Of a DNA stretch of 64,000 nucleotides, positions 50,170-63,840 are shown in pieces. The translations under genes were made by a program, and so were the position numbers. This DNA is from Mustelus asterias. Taxonomy: Eukaryota. Positions within the stretch are counted from its first letter, which is position 1, and every line of letters begins with the position of its first letter. The notes under the pieces were generated by a model. That model did not search any database and was not told the DNA's origin. It saw nothing but the letters and a program-made list of their open reading frames with translations. Where the stretch lies: assembly GCF_964213995.1 (NCBI RefSeq), contig NW_027590137.1, positions 1,116,001-1,180,000 of the forward strand, read 5' to 3'.

Positions 50170-50900
50170 CCCACCTCCCAGGGTTTCCTTCCTTCCCAGA
50201 GATCAGAGTCCTCATTGATTTGAGGCCAAAGTGTAACCTCTTATTTATTGTCCCCCTCCCCCATCCTCTGATGTGAACCATCCTCCAGTGGCTGAGCCAG
50301 GATGGGGCCGTTAACCTGGGCCTGTTCCCGGGAGGGAGGGAGGGAGGGAGAAGCCCCGCAGCTGCAAACCAGGGAGCTGACAATGATTCTGAAGGGTTTG
50401 CGGATCCACAAAGTGTTTCCAAATCCTCCCAGCCACCGCCTAACGCTGACTCCGCTTCTCCGGGACAAACAAGCGCCAAGGACAGCAATGACTCTGCGCA
50501 TGCTCCACATCACAATGCCCGGGGACTGATTGACGGCAGCTCCGGACCAATAGGAAGAGGGGGCGGTGCTGGAGGACCGAGCTGGAGCGGCTGGTCCTCC
50601 AACCAATCGGAGTGAATGAGGGGCGGGACCTGAAGCATGCGCAGTGCGGGTAATGGCGACGGACAGACGGTTTTAACTCGGAAGCGAGATCAATACGAGG
50701 TAGAGGGCGGTGCGCGGGGAGCGATGAATCCAGCGGGTGGAGAGGCTTTGTAAACATGTTGTTCAAACCCAAACCCCGGAAATGAACTTCCCGGTACCCC
50801 CCTTTGTACCAAATGGAGCGGCAGCTTGTAGTGTTGGACCCGGGCTGACTGCCGCCATTGAGGCTGCATGTGGGAGGCCGGCAGGGATTGTGATCGGAGA
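50170..50900. promoter_or_regulatory. CpG-rich, probably bidirectional promoter / first exon of ZNF C
   Basis: CpG density, CCAAT boxes (~50547, ~50603), GC boxes, NRF1-like TGCGCATGC/GCATGCGCA. Confidence 0.65.
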
Positions 50901-50909
50901 GTGAAGCCC

Positions 50910-51019
50910 TGACGTCACAATGGAATGGGTGAGGGTGTGACATCACAATGGAATGGGTGGGAGTGTGACGTCACAATGGAATGGGTGAGGGTGTGACGTC
51001 ACAATGGAATGGGTGAGGG
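50910..51019 (+). repeat. 28-bp tandem repeat TGACGTCACAATGGAATGGGTGAGGGTG (~4 units)
   Basis: Directly visible. Confidence 0.9.
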
Positions 51020-51319
51020 TTCCAGATGAGCTGAGACTGGGCTGGAGTCAGGAAATGGCACTGACATGTGGCCCAGTGGCACAGTGGTTAGTGCAGCTGC
51101 CTAACAGCGCCAGGGACCCGGGTTCAATTCCAGCCTCGGGTCGCTGTGAGGAGTTTGCACATTCTCCCTGTGTCTGTGTGGGTTTTCTCCAGGTGCTCCG
51201 GTTTCCCCCCACAGTCCAAAGATGTGCAGGTTAGACGGATTGGCCATGATAAACTAACCCTTGGCATCAGCAGGATTGCATTCTGTAACTTGATTTTAGA
51301 ACATATGGAATACATAGAC

Positions 51320-52094
51320 ATAGAACAGTACAGCACAGAACAGGCCCTTCGGCCCACGAGGTTGTGCCGAGCTTTATCTGAAACCAAGATCAAGCTATCC
51401 CACTCCCTATCATCCTGGTGTGCTCCATGTGTCTATCCAATAACCGCTTAAATGTTCCTAAAGTGTCTGACTCCACTATCACTGCAGGCAGTCCATTCCA
51501 CACCCCAACCACTCTCTGCGTAAAGAACCTACCTCTGATATCCTTCCTATATCTCCCACCATGAACCCTATAGTTATGCCCCCTTGTAATAGCTCCATCC
51601 ACCCGAGGAAATAGTCTTTGAACGTTCACTCTATCTATCCCCTTCATCATTTTATAAACCTCTATTAAGTCTCCCCTCAGCCTCCTCCACTCCAGAGAGA
51701 ACAGCCCCACCTCCCTCAACCTTTCCTCATAAGACCTACCCTCCAAACCAGGCAGCATCCTGGTAAATCTCCTCTGCACTCTTTCCAGCGCTTCCACATC
51801 CTTCTTATAGTGAGGTGACCAGAACTGCACACAATATTCCAAATGTGGTCTCACCAAGGTCCTGTACAGTTGCAGCATAACCCCACGGCTCTTAAACTCC
51901 AACCCCCTGTTAATAAAAGCTAACACACTATAGGCCTTCTTCACAGCTCTATCCACTTGAGTGGCAACCTTTAGAGATCTGTGGATATGAACCCCAAGAT
52001 CTCTCTGTTCCTCCACAGTCTTCAGAACCCTACCTTTGACCCTGTAATCCACATTTAAATTAGTCCTACTGAAATGAATCACCTGACATTTATC
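51320..52094 (-). mobile_element. Young CR1 3' fragment, same subfamily as 40105-43823
   Basis: Identical C-terminus ...HMEHTRMIGSGIA. Confidence 0.92.
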
Positions 52095-52222
52095 ATGGAA
52101 TGGGTGAGGGTGTGACGTCACAATGGAATGGGTGAGAGTGTGACGTCACAATGGAATGGGTGAGGGTGTGACGTCACAATGGAATGGGTGAGAGTGTGAC
52201 GTCACAATGGAATGGATGAGGG
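52095..52222 (+). repeat. Second array of the 28-bp CRE repeat (~4.5 units), followed by a SINE (52272-52562)
   Basis: Directly visible; duplicate of 50910-51265. Confidence 0.9.
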
Positions 52223-53489
52223 TTCCAGATGAGCTGAGACTGGGCTGGAGTCGGGCGATGGCACTGACATGCGGCCCGGTGGCACAGTGGTTAGTGCAGC
52301 TGCCTAACAGCGCCAGGGACCCGGGTTCAATTCCAGCCTCGGGTCGCTGTCTGCAGAGTTTCTACATTCTCCCCGTGTCTGTGTGGGTTTCCTCCGGGTG
52401 TTCCGGTTTCCTTCCACAGTCCAAAGATATGCCGGTTAGACGGATTGGCCATGATAAATTGCCACTTGGTATCAGGGGGATTAACAGGTAAATATGTGGA
52501 TAAGGCCTGAATGGGATTGTTGTCGGTGCAGGCTCGATGGGCTGAATGGCCTCCTTCTACACTACTTTATTATTCATTATTATAAATTAATTACTTTTTT
52601 GAATGAAGGTGGTCTTGATGGTGATGTGGACGTGGCTGGAAGCTCATCTTGGGATGAACTATTTCACGCTGGTTGTGAACAGCCTGGTTCAGCCTCAGAC
52701 AGTTGCCAGGAGGAGAGATAAAGTTGTTGGCGAGGGAGTGGAGTTTGTAGTGGGGACTGAACACAATGGGTTCAGTCTTCCCAGTATTTATATGAAATAA
52801 ATTTCTGTTCTTTCAGTACTGGATGTCAGACAAGTCAGGATGGTGTGTGGGTTGGAGAGGAACTTGGAGCTGATGGTGTTCACAGGGTTTGGAAATTCTG
52901 TCAAAGTTCCTGTTGAGTTGTTGATGTATAAAATCTCTCTCTTCACATCCGGCCTCCTACTTCCCTCTGTTTCCACTCAGAGTGTGGAGATGCCGGCGTT
53001 GAACTGGGTTAAGCACGGAAAGAAGTCTCACAACACCAGGTTAAAGTCCAACAGGTTTATTTGGTAGCACAAGCCTTTCGGAGTGCTGCTCCTTCATCAG
53101 GTGAGTGGGAGTTCTGTTCACAAACAGGGCACAAAGACACAAACTCAATTTACAGAATAATGGTTGGAATGCGAGTCTTTACAGGTAATCAAATCTTCAA
53201 GGTACAGACAATGTGAGTGGAGAGAGGATTAAGCACAGGTTAAATAGATGTGTATTGTCTCCAGCCAGGACAGTTAGTGAGATTTTGCAAGCCCAGGCAA
53301 GTCGCGGGGGTTACAGATAGTGTGACATGAACCCAAGATCCCGGTTGAGGCCGTCCTCATGTGTGATTGACAGATCCATGCTCACTGCTTCCTGCCCTGG
53401 ACGCAGAGAGCTGAAAATTTCCATGCAGGCTGCCAGACAGATAAATGTCTACATTAGTGGAGTAAAAATGTGTGGAATATACAGACCGA

Positions 53490-54180
53490 ACTCACTTCAT
53501 TCCCTTCAGTTGCTGCAAGTCCCCAATTTCCCCCAGAATGAGAAAAGAAATGGAAAGGGGGAAACATTGATTTCCTCCCAGATGTTGTCCAGAGGAGGAA
53601 GTTTCACTCTGAAGCTCATTGGACAACTTCCGCATTGTGACGTCACGATAGAGCCCTGCCTGAATCAGCCAATAGGAATCTCTCTGCTCCGCGGTGACGT
53701 CTCCGGGTTCCAGTGAGCAGGCCCGGGCGCGCGGACCCGGGAGCCCCGCCCCCACCCATTGTTCCCCTCCCCCTGCACCACATCGAGCCAAGGTTTCCAG
53801 GCAACCGGCTGACGGCTCCGGCCAGAGCGAGAAGCCGCTCGGTGATCGCACCCCCCGCCCCCCCCCTCCCCCCCCCGGCCCGGGACTGCAAATGTGCGAG
53901 GGAGAGGGGAAGCTGCGCATGTGTGGGGGAGAACCCACCCTCTGATCTTCATGCTGAGGTGTTGACCAATGGGAAGAGTTGGAGGACCGGGAGGACTCTG
54001 GTCTTCCAGCCAATCAGAGCGCGGGCTTTGTGTGAATGAAGATTGATCTTCAGACAGACTGAAACTTCCTCCTGTCGCTCATATCTGTGAGTAAAACACT
54101 TTCTTTTCTCCCCCTTTCCATTTCTTTTCTCATTCTGGGGGAAATTGGGGACTTGCAGCAACTGAAGGGAAAGGAAGTGA
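53490..54180. promoter_or_regulatory. CpG promoter of ZNF D bracketed by an inverted repeat; exon-1 donor at 54087
   Basis: CRE TGACGTCA at 53638-53645, CCAAT boxes (~53669, 53966, 54010). 53500-53561 is the reverse complement of 54110-54171. Confidence 0.7.
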
Positions 54181-54229
54181 ATCCAGGGAGGGTGCAGACT
54201 CTGGAAAGGTTGGCCCAGGTTTCTCTCTC

Positions 54230-56500
54230 TCTTCAACCAGAAAATGATCCATTTCTGCCCACTGTTTGCTGTTAGCCAATCTTCTATCCACGCCAATATG
54301 TCATCCCCGCAGCATGAATTTTTATTTGCTGCAATAACCTTTGATGCGGCACCTCATCAAATGTCTTCTGGAAATCTAAGTACAGCGCATCCACCGGTTT
54401 CCCTTTATCCAGTTCCCGATGAGGAATTATAGAAAATTGAACAACACACCAACTATCTCACTCTGTTAAGACCCGAGAATGAAGCCCAGCAGAACCCGAG
54501 GACTCATCAGCCCACAGCTCCAACAGTTTGCTGAGGACCACTTCCCTGGGAATTGTGCTTTTTCAGAGTTCATCCCACACTTCTGTTTTCTGATTTCCAG
54601 CTGTTTCTGAGTTTTAACTGTATCCTCTATTGTGAACACCGAGGCAAAATACTTGTTCAATTCATCTCCCAACTCCTTATTTTTCATTCTCAATTCCTGG
54701 ACTCACTTTCTATTAGACAGTTAAGAAATGAGGTGGAGCAAGTGACTGAAGTGTCAGTCAGGGAGCACTATTGGGAGCACCAATAGTTTCAAAATAGTTC
54801 TGGAAAAAGATAGGACAGGTCCACAGGTCAAGGCCCTAAACTGGAGCAGGGCCACTTTTGTGGGCATTAGGCAGGATCGAGGAGATGTCGATTAGGTGAG
54901 TTTGTTTGAAGGGAAAGGAATGACTGGCAAATGGGAGGTTTTAAAAGTGTGATATCAAGAGTCCAGGGGCAGTATATTCCTGTTAAGATGAAGGGAAAGA
55001 ATGGTAAATTTAGGGATCCCTGGCTGACAAGGGACATTAAGGCTCTGGTCAGGTAAAAGAAGGAAGTAGACATTGGGTTTAGACAATCGGGGACAAGTGA
55101 ATCACTCGATGACTCTTAAAAGTGTAAGAGAACACTTAAGAGGGTATGATATGGATCTGGCAGGTAAAGTTAAAGAAAATTTAACTTTAACACAGTCCAA
55201 AGATGTGCGGGTTAGGTTGATTGGCCATGCTAAAATTGCCCCTTAGTGTCCTGAGATGAGTAGGTTAGAGGGATTAGCGGGTAAATATGTCGGGATATGG
55301 GGGTAGGGCCTGGGTGGGATTGTGGTCGGTGCAGATTCAATGGGCCAAATGGCCTCTTTCTGCACTGTAGGGATTCTATGAAAATCCCAAGAGGTTCTAT
55401 CGCGATATTAAGAGTAAAATGGTGGCGAGAGAGAGAGAATAGGTCCCCTTAAAAATCAGCATGGCTATCTGAGCATGGAGTCACAGGAAATGGGTGCGAT
55501 TTTTAATGAATATTTCTCCTTGGTGTTTCCTGAGGAGAACATGATGGATGCTGAAGAAATAAGAGAAAGAAGCTGTGATGTCTTGGACCACATGCATATT
55601 ACTAGGGAGGAGGTATCTGCAGCCTTAAAGTGCATTAAGGTGGATAAATCCCCTGGGTCTGATCAAGTATATCTTCAGATCTTGTGGGAGGCTCAGGAAG
55701 GAATTACAGAGCCCCTTGCAGAGATATTTGTTTCATCTCTTTCTCCTGGTGAAGTTCTGGAAGAATAGAACACGCTAATGTTGTTCTGTTGTTTAAGAAG
55801 CGTAGCAAAGAGAAGCCTGGGAATTATAGGCCGGTAGTCTGACATCAGTGGTGGGTAAGTTACTGGAGGGGATTGTGAAGGACAGAATCTACCAACATTT
55901 GGATTCTGACGGTGTGATTAGGGATAGTCAGCACCGCTTTGTGCACGGGGAGTCATGTCGGACAAATCTTTTATTGTTTTCCGAAGAGGTAATCCAGAGG
56001 ATGGATGAGCAGGGCCACTTTTGTGGGCATTAGGCAGGATCGAGCAGATGTTGATTAGGTGAGTTTGTTTGAAGGGAAAGGAATGACTGGCAAATGGAAA
56101 GTTTTAAAAGTGTGATATCAAGAATCCAGGGGCAGTATATTCCTGTTAAGATGCAGGGAAAGAATGGTAAATTTAGGGATCTCTGGCAGACAAGGGACAT
56201 TGAGGCTCTGGTCGGGTAAAAGAAGGAAGCATACATTGGGTTTAAAGATTAAAGAAAATTCCAAGAGGTTCTATAGCTATATTAAGAGTAAAAGGGTGGC
56301 GAGAGAGAGAATAGATCCCCTTAAAAATCAGTATGGCCATCTGTGTGTGGAGCCACAGGAGATGGGTGAGATTTTTAATGAACACTTCTCCTCTGTGTTT
56401 ACTGCGGAGAGCACCATGGATGCTAACGAAATAAGGGAAACAAGTGGTGATGTCTTGGGCACACGCATGTTACTTGGGAGGAGGTATCTGCAGCCTTATA
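54230..56500. mobile_element. Mosaic of degenerate CR1 fragments and a partial SINE (55192-55380) in the ZNF D intron
   Basis: NEYFS, KSPG, QH.F remnants; internal duplication 54845-55080 / 56008-56240. Confidence 0.7.
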
Positions 56501-56684
56501 AAAGCAAATTACTGCGGATGCTAGAATCTGAAACCAAGAGAGAAAATGCTGGAAAATCTCAGCAGGTGTGGCAGCATCTGTAAGGAGAGAAAAGAGCTGA
56601 TGTTTCTTGTCCAGATGACCCTTTGTCAAAGCTCTGAAACATCAGTTCTTTTCTCTCCATACAGATGCTGCCAGACCTGCTGAG

Positions 56685-59600
56685 AATGGGGAGAGAGTGT
56701 GTGGGATGGAGATTTACAGCTTCTGGGGAATGAGAGAGGAAAGAATGTTCCATAGAAATTGTCTGTTCTGAATTTCTATCCTGTACTGACACTGATGACT
56801 TTTGGAAACTCATTTTACAGGATATTGAAAGAGGAATCACAGGCTGAAATCTCAAACGTCACGTCTAGATCTGACAGAGTCATATTCCTTGGGAGCTGAA
56901 TATCATCGGCTTTTGAATCTAGAAGAAGAAATGATTGTCCGGTCTGTTGATTTGAAAAGATTTCAAACATCAGTGTGACTGGAAAAGCGCCAACACACGG
57001 CCACACTCGAGTGAGAGTGTTCCAGTGCACTGACTAAAGAGCTTTAACCAGTTACACAGCCTGAATAAATATCACACCATTCACAGCGGGGAGAGACTGT
57101 ACCCGTGTTGTGTGTGTGGACGAAGTTTCAACTAATTGTCCACTCAAGAGAGCGGCAAGGACACCTGCGCCATGGAGAAACCATGGAAATGTGCGGACTG
57201 TGGGAAGAGATACGGATACCCATCTGAGCTCGAAGCGCATTGGCGCAGCCATACGGGGGAGAGACCATTCACCTGCTCTCAGTGTGGGGAGGGATTCAGT
57301 GATTCATCCGGCCAGCAAAGACACCAGCGAGTTCACACTGGGGAGAGACCGTTCACCTGCTCTCAGTGTGGGCAGGGATTCACTCAGTCATCCAACCTGC
57401 GGACTCACCAGCGAGTTCACACTGGGGACAGACCATTCACTTGTTCTCAGTGTGGGAAGGGATTCAGTAATTCATCAGGCCTGCAAAGACACCAGCGAGT
57501 TCACACTGGGGAGAGACCATTTACCTGCTCTCAGTGTGGGAATGGATTCACTCAGTTATCCAGTCTGTGGACACACGAGCGAGTTCACACTGGGGAGAAA
57601 CCATTTATGTGCTCTCAGTGTGGGAAGGGATTCACTGACCTCTCAAACCTCTGCACACACCAGCGAGTTCACACTGGGGAGAGGCCATTCACCTGCTCTG
57701 TGTGTGGGAAGAGATTCAGAGTTTCATCCCACCTGCTGAGACACCAACAAGTTCACGAGTGATTCCAGGGGTTGGATTCTGCTGTTATTGTTTCTGCTCT
57801 CAATTACATCCAGGACTGCATTTTGGTCAATGGGGAGGGTCGGAGGGTTTCTTGGTCAATGGGGAGGGTCGGAGGCCGGTCTCATGACTTTGCCTCCAGT
57901 TGGCTGATGCTCTTTGAGCCTTGTTGCGAATACCTGGTTTCAAATTTCACACGGATCACAGAGCGACCGGGTGTGAGGAAGTTCAGAGATATTTAGTCAG
58001 CATTTCTGTTTGAAACCCCCCAAACGCCCATCCAATTTCCTTTGTAATTGTTTATTGTCTCCACTTCCTCCACCCTCGTAGGCAGCGAGTTCCAGGTCAT
58101 TACCATTCGCTGCATCAAAATATTCTTCCTCACATCACCCCCCCCCCCTCAACTGCATCTCTGATCCAAAACCTTAAATCTGTCTCCCCCTCGTCCTTGT
58201 CCCATCAGCTAATGGGAACAGCTTTTCTTTGTCCACCTTATCTAAACCTGTCAGAATCTTGTCACCTCTATCAAATCTCCCCTCAACCTCCTTTGCTCCA
58301 AGGGGAACAACCCCAGCCTGACATTGACAATAAAGAACAAACTAACAGAATATGTTACTACCTGAAATCAAATGGGAATGTTTAATTTCTGTTTTAAAGA
58401 TATTGTGAATATATTGTCCTGGACAATAAAGAAATTGGAATAACGCATCTTGGGTGTGGTTGAATGGAATATATCAATCTGGTATCCACCTACATTCTCC
58501 CTCTCTAACAGCATTGTGGGTGTACTGACACCTGAGGCATTGTAGCAGTTCAAGAAGGCAGAGTTGGGTTGACCATGGCCGAGGCAGCTACATACAGCCA
58601 CATATTCTGTTATAATCGAAGGACTGCAGATTGAATGTGAGGCATTATGGGACTGGACTATCTTGACCACATTCCTGTAACTTCTCAGTTTCTGCAATCA
58701 TGAACCATTAAAGCTGCTTAGCAGGGTCCCAACAGAGGACCTGGTGAGAATATTGACTCAGAATGAGTTCAAATTAAACTTATTCCAGGACCGGCTGGTG
58801 TTCAGCGGCTGAGATTCCTGAATCTGTAAAAAAGGGGTCCGACCAATCAACAAACAGTGGTCGGTAGTTGGTTAAGAAGTTAAAAAGCGTTCTGAGGCAT
58901 TGCTTAACCTATCGTCAATTTGTCATAAGAACTGTGAGGGACTTGTGACCCGATATTTGGTGAAGTGATGGTATTCTCCAAGTAGCACTGGTCTGAAAAG
59001 CAGATCTCTGAGAGTGGATTCTAACAGTTATAATCCTATCCACGCATGGCCAGTGAAAAACCAGAGCTCGAGTGGGGACTGGACAGGTCTCTTACCTGCC
59101 ATTTGGAAACTAAGAACAAGAAGCTTATCGATAAAATGATTAGAGAATAGAAACAACGTTTCGATTCTGGATGACACTTTGTAAGAACCTCATCCAGACT
59201 CAAAACATTGACTCTATTCTCTCTCCAAAGATGCTGTCAGACCTGTTGAGATCTTCCAGCATTTTCTGTTTTCATTTCAGATTCCAGCATCCGCACTATT
59301 TTACTTTTATGATAATTTGATTCGGTCTGATTGGAATCCCCACGACCCTCCCGCAAAACAGAGGGAGTCGTGGCAAAGGGAGAAAAAATAAGGATGATAA
59401 AGTCTGGGTTCTGATTCTCCGAGCCCATGTAGAGTTAACAAAATGAGTGAACCAGTTTATAAAGAACAGAAGTTACCCATCCCTAACAAAAACTGATCAA
59501 ATGAAAATAATTAGGTTGAGGAAAATAATAAAAAATTAATAGATGAAGTTTAAAATCAAGTTTGTTTGGTTGATCGAGAAGTTTTTTAAACTTGTATATT

Positions 59601-60672
59601 GTGACGTAATTGTGTGCCAAGTTTTTCCCGCTCACTCCCCACCCCTTTAGGTTCTGTAGAAAAGTTAATCCTTTCAGCAGACATTTGATTTGTTTTTAAA
59701 TCACCCAGAAACGCATCTGTCTATTTTAGTTTATAATTGAGGATTTATAGGATCCAGTTAAATGTGGAAATTTACGCATAGCCTGGAGGACTTTGGAATA
59801 ACTGAGAATTTTATCGTGTTGTCACCTCAACCTCAGGTAAAGAACAAAGATTTTTCCGCTGGTAACTTGTTTGCGATTTTGCCTATAAATCAGATCTTGG
59901 AAGTTGGCTTGAAAAGGTTAAGTTAGAATGGAGGATCTTGTATCTTATTCAAGGAGTTGTGAGCTTGTAGTGCTCTGTCACTTTAAGAAGCTATAGCTGA
60001 GAGAGAGAGAACGCTGACGATTCATTGTTTGAAATTTATGAGCTGGGAGAACCTGTGTGTTTCATTTGTTTTATGTGGATGTTTGTAGATGCGTTTTATC
60101 ATTGTTTTGGGCTACATTTGTTAAGGTTTATCTTTCTGGGGAATTAACCTTATCTTGAGTCTTTAATTAAAGGCATTTTTGGAAGTTTAAAAGCAGAACC
60201 ACAAGAACGCTTAAGGAATTAAGTTTGGTTATTGTTGTTGTAAAGCACATGCTAAGTTTCTCTGCTTGTGCATGGATGATATTTGTGGGTTGAATGTTTC
60301 AAGCTTTCAGGTTTTCTGTCTGTGATTTAAATCAAACAGATTTTAAATAAGTAAGTGTAATTAATAAAGCTTTTTGTCATAAGTTATGAACCTGGAACCA
60401 TATTTACTGGCCAGAGATATGATTCCAGGATATTTTACTAAACATGCAGGAATTTCAATCCAGATACAATTCACATGTGAGAATGAGAGTTTTAATTTGT
60501 AATGGTTATTTAAAATTTGACACATGTGAAATGATTCTGATCAATCCTGTGTTGGATTGATCTTGAGTTAAACTTCCTGTCGGATCCAAAGATTTATCCC
60601 TGATGCAATTAACACAATGAAAAGGAAAATTCTGGAATTGGATACTGAAGGAAAGAGTTTAAAAGGAGAGAT
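56685..60672 (+). repeat. Segmental duplication copy 2 (ZNF last exon plus tail)
   Basis: Colinear with 4250-7800 and inverted-colinear with 11590-17030. Confidence 0.8.
57172..57762 (+). CDS. C2H2 zinc-finger protein D (7 fingers, clean stop)
   Basis: GCCATGGAGAAACCATGG start, TGERP linkers, acceptor at 56819-56820. Confidence 0.88.
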   Translation: MEKPWKCADCGKRYGYPSELEAHWRSHTGERPFTCSQCGEGFSDSSGQQRHQRVHTGERPFTCSQCGQGFTQSSNLRTHQRVHTGDRPFTCSQCGKGFSNSSGLQRHQRVHTGERPFTCSQCGNGFTQLSSLWTHERVHTGEKPFMCSQCGKGFTDLSNLCTHQRVHTGERPFTCSVCGKRFRVSSHLLRHQQVHE

Positions 60673-61162
60673 TATGAAATTGAAATGATTCCCAGACCAT
60701 GTGGTCATTTGATTAAAACAAAGAAAGGGCGCTGACATCCATGGTGGCACAGTGACAGTGACAGCACGGTGGCACAGTTTTTAGCACTGCTGCCTCACAG
60801 CGCCAGTGACCCGGGTTCGATTCCCGGCTTGGGTCTCTGTCTGTGTGGAGTTTGCATATTCTCCCCGTGTCTGCTTGGGTTTCCTTCGGGTGCTCTGCTT
60901 TCCTCTCTGTCTGAAAGACGTGCTGGTTAGGGTGCATTGACCTGAACAGGCATCGGAGTGTGGCGACTGGGGGAATTTCACAGTAACTTCATTGCAAGCC
61001 TTACTTGTGACAAATAAATAAACTTTTTAAAAAAACTAATTTTGAGAACTTTTAATCCACCCCTTTTCAAACGAAGGGAATCTCAGTACAAACAAAGCCC
61101 AAGGATGGTAGGTAAGGAGTTTTGAAAAGCACCGTGATGGGGGCAACTATCTGTTCATGAGA

Positions 61163-63840
61163 TAGAACATAGAACAGTACAGCACAGAACAGGCCCTTCA
61201 GCCCACGATGTTGTGCCGAACCTTTTCCAAAACCAAGATCAAGCTATCCCACTCCCTATCATTCTCGTGTGCTCCATGTGCCTATCCAATAACCGCTTGA
61301 AAGTTCCTAAAGTGTCTGACTCCACTATCACAGCAGGCAGTCCATTCCACACCCCAACCACTCTCTGAGTAAAGAACCTACCTCGTTCATCCCTCTGATA
61401 TCTTCCACCACGAACCTTATAGTTATGTCCCCGAGTAACAGCTACATCCACCCAAGGAAATAGTCTCTGAACGTCCACTCTATCTATCCCCCTCATCATC
61501 TTATAAACCCCTATTAAGTCACCTCTCAACCTCCTCCGCTCTAAAGAGAAAAGCCCTAGCTCCCTCAACCTTTCCTCATAAGACCTACCCTCCAAACCAG
61601 GCAGCATCCTGGTAAATCTCCTTTGCACTCTTTCCAGTGCTTCCACATCCTTCTTATAGTGAGGTGACCAGAACGGCACACAATATTCCAAATGTGGTCT
61701 CACCAAGGTCCTATACAGTTACAGCATAACCCCACGGCTCTTAAACTCAAACCCCCTGTTAATAAACGCTAACACACTATAGGACTTCTTCACGGCTCTA
61801 TCCACTTGAGTGGCAACCTTCAGAGATCTGTGGATATGAACCTCAAGATCTCTCTGTTCCTCGACATTCCTCAGAACCCGACCTTTGACCCTGTAATCCG
61901 CATTCAAATTTGTCCTACCAAAATGAATCACCTCGCACGTATCAGGGTTAAACTCCATCTGCCATTTTTCGGCCCACCTCTGCATCCTATCAATGTCTCT
62001 TTGCAGCCCACAACAGCCCTCCTACTCATCCACTACTCCACCAATCTTGGTGTCATCCGCAAATTTACTGATCCACCCTTCAGCCCCCTCCTCCAAGTCA
62101 TTTATAAAAATCACAAATAGTAGAAGACCCAGCACTGATCCTTGTGGTACACCGCTGGTAACTGGTCTCCAGTCTGAAAATTTTCCATCCACCACCACCC
62201 TCTGTCTTCTATGAGATAGCCAGTTACTTATCCAATCGGCCAAATTTCCCTCTATCCCACATCTCCTTACTTTCTTCATGAGCCGACCATGGGGGACCTT
62301 ATCAAATGCCTTACTAAAATCCATGTATATGACATCAACTGCCCTACCTTCATCGACACACTTAGTTCCTCCTCAAAAAATTCAATCAAATTTGTGAGGC
62401 AAGACTTGCCCTTCACAAATCCGGGTTGACTATCTCGGATTGAGCTGCACCTTTCTAAATGGTCGTAAATCCTATCCCTCAGGACCTTTTCCATTAATTT
62501 ACCAACCACCGAAGTAAGACTAACCGGCCTATAATTACCAAGATCATTCCTATTTCCTTTCTTGAACAGAGGAACAACATTCGCCACTCTCTAGTCCTCT
62601 GGCACTATCCCCGTGGACAGCGAGGACCCAAAGATCAAAGCCAAAGGCTCTGCAATCTCATCCCTTGCCTCCCAAAGAATCCTAGGATATATCTCATCTA
62701 GCCCAGGGGACTTATCAACCTTCAGGTTTTTTCAAAATTGCTAATACATATTCCCTCAGAACATCTGCCTTTATAGGACGGGGTATAGAGTATAAAAGCT
62801 GGAGTCTGATGATGCAGCTGTATAGAACGCTGGTTAGGCCACATTTGGAGTACTGCGTCCAGTTCTGGTCGCCGCACTACCAGAAGGACGTGGAGGCATT
62901 GGAGAGAGTGCAGAGAAGGTTTACCAGGATGTTGCCTGGTATGGAGGGTCTTAGCTATGAGGAGAGATTGGGTAGACTGGGGTATCAGCCTGTATCACAC
63001 TCTCATCCTCAAAAAGGCCCCTCTCCTTGGTGAACACTGAAGAAAAGTATTCATTCATCGCCTCTCCTATCTGTTCTGACTCCATGCACAAGTTCCTACC
63101 ACTGTCCTTGACCGGCCCTAACCTCACCCTTTTATTCCTCACATAAGAGTAAAAAGCCTTGGAGTTTTCCTTGATCCAACCCGCCAAGGACTTCTCATGC
63201 ACCCTCCTAGCTCTCCTAAGCCCTTTTTTCAGCTCATTCCTTGCTAACTTGTAACCCTCAATGGACCGAACTGAACCTTGTTTTCTCATCCGAACATATG
63301 CTTCCTTCTTCCTCTTGACAAGGCATTCAACCTCTTTTGCGAACCATGGTTCCCTCACTCAGCCATTTCTTCCCTGCCTGACAGGGACATACCTATCAAG
63401 GACACGCAGTATTTGTTCCTTGAACAAGTTCCACTTTTCATTTGTGCCTTTCCCTGACAGTTTCTGTTCCCATCTTATGCTCCCTAATCGCATCATAATT
63501 ACCCCTCCCCCAATTATAAACCTTGCCCTGCCATATGGCCCTATCCCTCTCCATTGCAATAACGAAAGACACCAAATTGTGGTCGCTATCTCCAAAGTGC
63601 TCTCCCACACCAAGTCTAAACACTTGGCCCGGTTCATTTCCCATTCCCAAATCCAATGTGGCCCCACCTCTTGTCGGCCTATCCACATATTGTGTCAGGA
63701 AACCCTCTTGCACACACTGTACAAAAACTGCCCCATCTGAACTATTCAACCTAAAAAGGTTCCAATCAATATTTGGAAAGTTAAAGTCACCCATGACAAC
63801 TACCCTGTGACCTCCACACCTAGCCATAATCTGTTTTGCA
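61163..63840 (-). mobile_element. Frameshifted CR1 LINE (same subfamily as 40105) with an opposite-strand CR1 piece at ~62765-62982
   Basis: Minus-strand ORFs match ORF2 of 40730..43744; ORF 62809..63033(+) is an RT piece on the other strand. Confidence 0.9.

Noticed and set aside
50910-52222. 28-bp repeats as a CRISPR array
   Set aside because: Units are head-to-tail with no unique spacers, there are no cas genes and the context is eukaryotic.
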